From contig JBCBKU010000013.1 of NCBI GenBank assembly GCA_038521345.1, positions 13,484-77,483 of the forward strand: a DNA stretch of 64,000 nt, given 5' to 3'. Within the stretch, counting starts at the first letter, position 1. Each line of letters starts with the position of its first letter. The stretch comes from Pseudomonadota bacterium (lineage in GTDB: Bacteria; Pseudomonadota; Alphaproteobacteria; Rhodobacterales; Rhodobacteraceae). A model generated the notes under the pieces. The model ran no database searches. It had not been told where the DNA came from and saw nothing but the letters and a program-made list of their open reading frames with translations. Below are positions 62,134-64,000 of this stretch, piece after piece. Both the position numbers and the translations under genes were made by a program.

Positions 62134-62751
62134 ATGGACCACGTCAAATTCACCGCCATGAAAGACGGCGACGCCGAGGATTACGCTTTTCTCACACACC
62201 ACGAGACGGCCTATGCCAGCGAGACAGCGAACCGATTGATGACTGCAATGGTGGCGCTCGATGACAGCTTGTCGGGTTATCAGGTCACGCGCCTTGGGCA
62301 TTCCCTGCAATCCGCGACCCGGGCGTGGCGCGATGGGGCTGACACGGATTGGGTCGTCGGAACCCTTCTGCACGATATCGGCGACATCTACGCGCCCTAC
62401 AATCACGACGAATACGCCGCGGCGATCCTGCGCCCATTCGTGCGAGAGCAAGTGACCTGGGTCGTCGAACAACATGGAGACTTTCAGCTGCTCTACTACG
62501 GCGCTCACGTGGGCGCCGATCCCGAGAAGCGCCAAGCCTACGCAGGCCATCCTTATTTTGTTGATTGTGCCGCGTTCTGCGAACGTTGGGACCAGTCGAG
62601 CTTTGACCCGTCCTACGACATGCTGCCGCTGGCACATTTTTCCCCGTTGGTGCACGAGGTGTTTTCGCGCGCGCCCTACGATCCGGACGTGATCCGCTCG
62701 GGTGTGCGCGTTGGACTGGTGGATCCTGTGGTGGCGCAGATGCGGCTTTAG
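62134..62751 (+). CDS. HD-domain protein (PhnZ/MIOX-like metal-dependent hydrolase/oxygenase superfamily)
   Basis: His/Asp ligand series GHSLQ...LLHDIGD...NHDEY...EQHGDF, 205 aa. Confidence 0.6.
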   Translation: MDHVKFTAMKDGDAEDYAFLTHHETAYASETANRLMTAMVALDDSLSGYQVTRLGHSLQSATRAWRDGADTDWVVGTLLHDIGDIYAPYNHDEYAAAILRPFVREQVTWVVEQHGDFQLLYYGAHVGADPEKRQAYAGHPYFVDCAAFCERWDQSSFDPSYDMLPLAHFSPLVHEVFSRAPYDPDVIRSGVRVGLVDPVVAQMRL

Positions 62752-63506
62752 AGATCCCGCGCCCAGGACCGCCTCGGCCCCACGTCACCTTCCCACCAAA
62801 CAGACTTGCCGCGGCGATAGACCGTGATCCGGTCGCCCGGTTTCCAAGCGACGAACTCCTGCACGTCGTCGCTGAGGCTTTCGCCCTCCACCCCGTCCGG
62901 GCCGGTCCAGACCAACCGTGCTTGTTTCGTATCGTTAACCTCAAGCCAAAGCTCGCGCACCCGCACCACCGTTGCCACCTGCCGCACACCGTCCCTGCGC
63001 GCGAGCACAGCCCGGTTTGCCCGGCCGCCCGCAATGGCGAGGGCGGCAAGTCCGATTGCTCCGGCCACGCCTCCGAGCCAGAGACCACGCATTGCGCGAT
63101 CACTTCCCTCGCCAACATAAGCCTCGATGCGTTCGGGACGGGTGGACAAGTATCGGATTTCGTGGCGCGCGCCGATGGGAAGATCGTGATAATGCGACTG
63201 GCGTACTCGCTTTTCCACTTCGTAGGCCGTGCCGTCGCGGGTCGAGTAGGCGAAGGTCACGAAGTAGGTCCGCCTTTCGTTGCCATCGCCATCGCGCGAG
63301 ACCCGCACCCGGTGGTCCATGACCTCGGCAAAGGTTGTGCGACCTTCCGCGGCAAAGCGTGCCGCCGATTGCTCGCTAGAGAAGGTATAACCAAAGCTCC
63401 ACACCACAGCGAATGCTGCCAGAACGGCAATCCATCCACCTAGGTGCCAGAACAGGCTGAACCAGCTCCTCGGCTGGTCCCGATCATGCTTTGCCGTGGG
63501 TGTCAT
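62748..63506 (-). CDS. DUF3592-family membrane protein
   Basis: Two TM helices flank a beta-rich domain. The pattern TFAEVMDHRVRVSRDGDG....YFVTFAY is typical of DUF3592. Confidence 0.55.
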   Translation of the reverse strand: MTPTAKHDRDQPRSWFSLFWHLGGWIAVLAAFAVVWSFGYTFSSEQSAARFAAEGRTTFAEVMDHRVRVSRDGDGNERRTYFVTFAYSTRDGTAYEVEKRVRQSHYHDLPIGARHEIRYLSTRPERIEAYVGEGSDRAMRGLWLGGVAGAIGLAALAIAGGRANRAVLARRDGVRQVATVVRVRELWLEVNDTKQARLVWTGPDGVEGESLSDDVQEFVAWKPGDRITVYRRGKSVWWEGDVGPRRSWARDL

Positions 63507-63698
63507 GCTCTCGCACTAGCAAGGGATCGCGGTATCGGGATAGCGAGTGCTAAAAAAATCAATATCAATAACAGTAAGTTATGAGAATTCTCGAAGAAAA
63601 TCGAACTGGACCGGGATGAAAACCATGGGTCGACCTGTTGCTTCGAACAATGGCCCGCTGGGGCCAGGCCAACACCAGATCCAAGGGAAGTTTTCATT

Positions 63699-64000
63699 AT
63701 GCGCCATCTCGTTCTCTCCGCCGCCATCACTGCCGGTCTCGCCCTCTCCGCATGCGAGGCCTATTCGGCCGGGCACGCCCAACCCGCAATGCAGGCCCAG
63801 ACCTCGGCCGGTCTGATCGTCGTCACCGGCGACGGCATGAGCCTTTACACCTTCGACGAGGATTCGGCCGGTCAGTCGAACTGCAACGGCGGCTGCGCCC
63901 AAGCCTGGCCTCCGCTCGCCGCCCCGGCCAATGCAACGGCCGAAGGCAACTTTACGCCGATCACCCGCGCCGACGGCACCAAGCAATGGGCCTATAAAGG
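63699..64000 (+). CDS. COG4315 lipoprotein with a Yx(FWY)xxD repeat motif, 3'-truncated by the window edge
   Basis: My own translation: MRHLVLSAAITAGLALSACEAYS...LIVVTGDGMSLYTFDEDSAGQSNCNGGCAQAWPPL...TKQWAYK. Lipobox LSAC and an AAGGGAAG RBS. Not in the ORF track because there is no stop inside the window. Confidence 0.7.
   Translation, partial: MRHLVLSAAITAGLALSACEAYSAGHAQPAMQAQTSAGLIVVTGDGMSLYTFDEDSAGQSNCNGGCAQAWPPLAAPANATAEGNFTPITRADGTKQWAYK

Noticed and set aside
1-64000. Searched by eye for CRISPR repeats, IS/transposase or integrase genes, phage genes, tRNA/rRNA genes and defence-system hallmarks (restriction-modification, toxin-antitoxin pairs, Cas, CBASS or retron-like genes).
   Set aside because: None was recognised. 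The window looks like core and accessory metabolic chromosome rather than a mobile or defence island. A covariance-model scan (tRNAscan/Infernal) would be needed to exclude small RNAs rigorously.

Overview
High-GC alphaproteobacterial chromosome segment. Gene content looks like Rhodobacteraceae (roseobacter group): fnrL-usp-ccoNOQP-ccoGHIS, a Hint-domain protein, many TRAP/ABC importers. I call about 65 protein genes, mostly tightly packed with ATGA/GTGA/TGATG start-stop overlaps. I recognised no rRNA, tRNA, CRISPR array, transposase or integrase. Layout, left to right: (1) TRAP permease (5' cut by the window edge), pobA, then two translationally coupled Rieske-fusion enzymes. (2) An idonate/gluconate regulon: idnO-gntK-HIBADH-EthD diverging from idnD, then a sugar-acid ABC operon that also encodes a eukaryote-type cytochrome b561, an SMP-30 lactonase and GlcG, plus a LacI/GntR-type regulator. 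Five copies of one 14-bp operator motif link the three promoters. (3) An RND efflux pair. (4) An 8-gene operon: Dpp-like peptide importer followed by methyltransferase, GNAT and PHP genes. (5) fnrL, usp, ccoNOQP and ccoGHIS with FNR boxes. ccoS is missing from the ORF track. (6) Carnitine dehydrogenase/thioesterase plus a thiolase. (7) A lower-GC spacer plus a Hint-domain gene. (8) An H-NOX-like gene coupled to an HNOBA-GGDEF cyclase, a non-Pyl MttB homolog, a HAD hydrolase, DUF3572 and a PleD-like regulator. (9) EF-hand protein, ECF sigma, anti-sigma and a CpxP-like protein. (10) Assorted housekeeping and accessory genes, including a LexA-boxed orphan imuA, metR/metF, DUF2235, an HD-domain protein and DUF3592. 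The most interesting candidates are the twin Rieske-fusion pair, the heme-ligand-less H-NOX/HNOBA-GGDEF module (a split guanylate-cyclase-like architecture), and the cytochrome b561 embedded in the sugar-acid importer operon. All functional calls rest on family recognition by eye; no database search was run.
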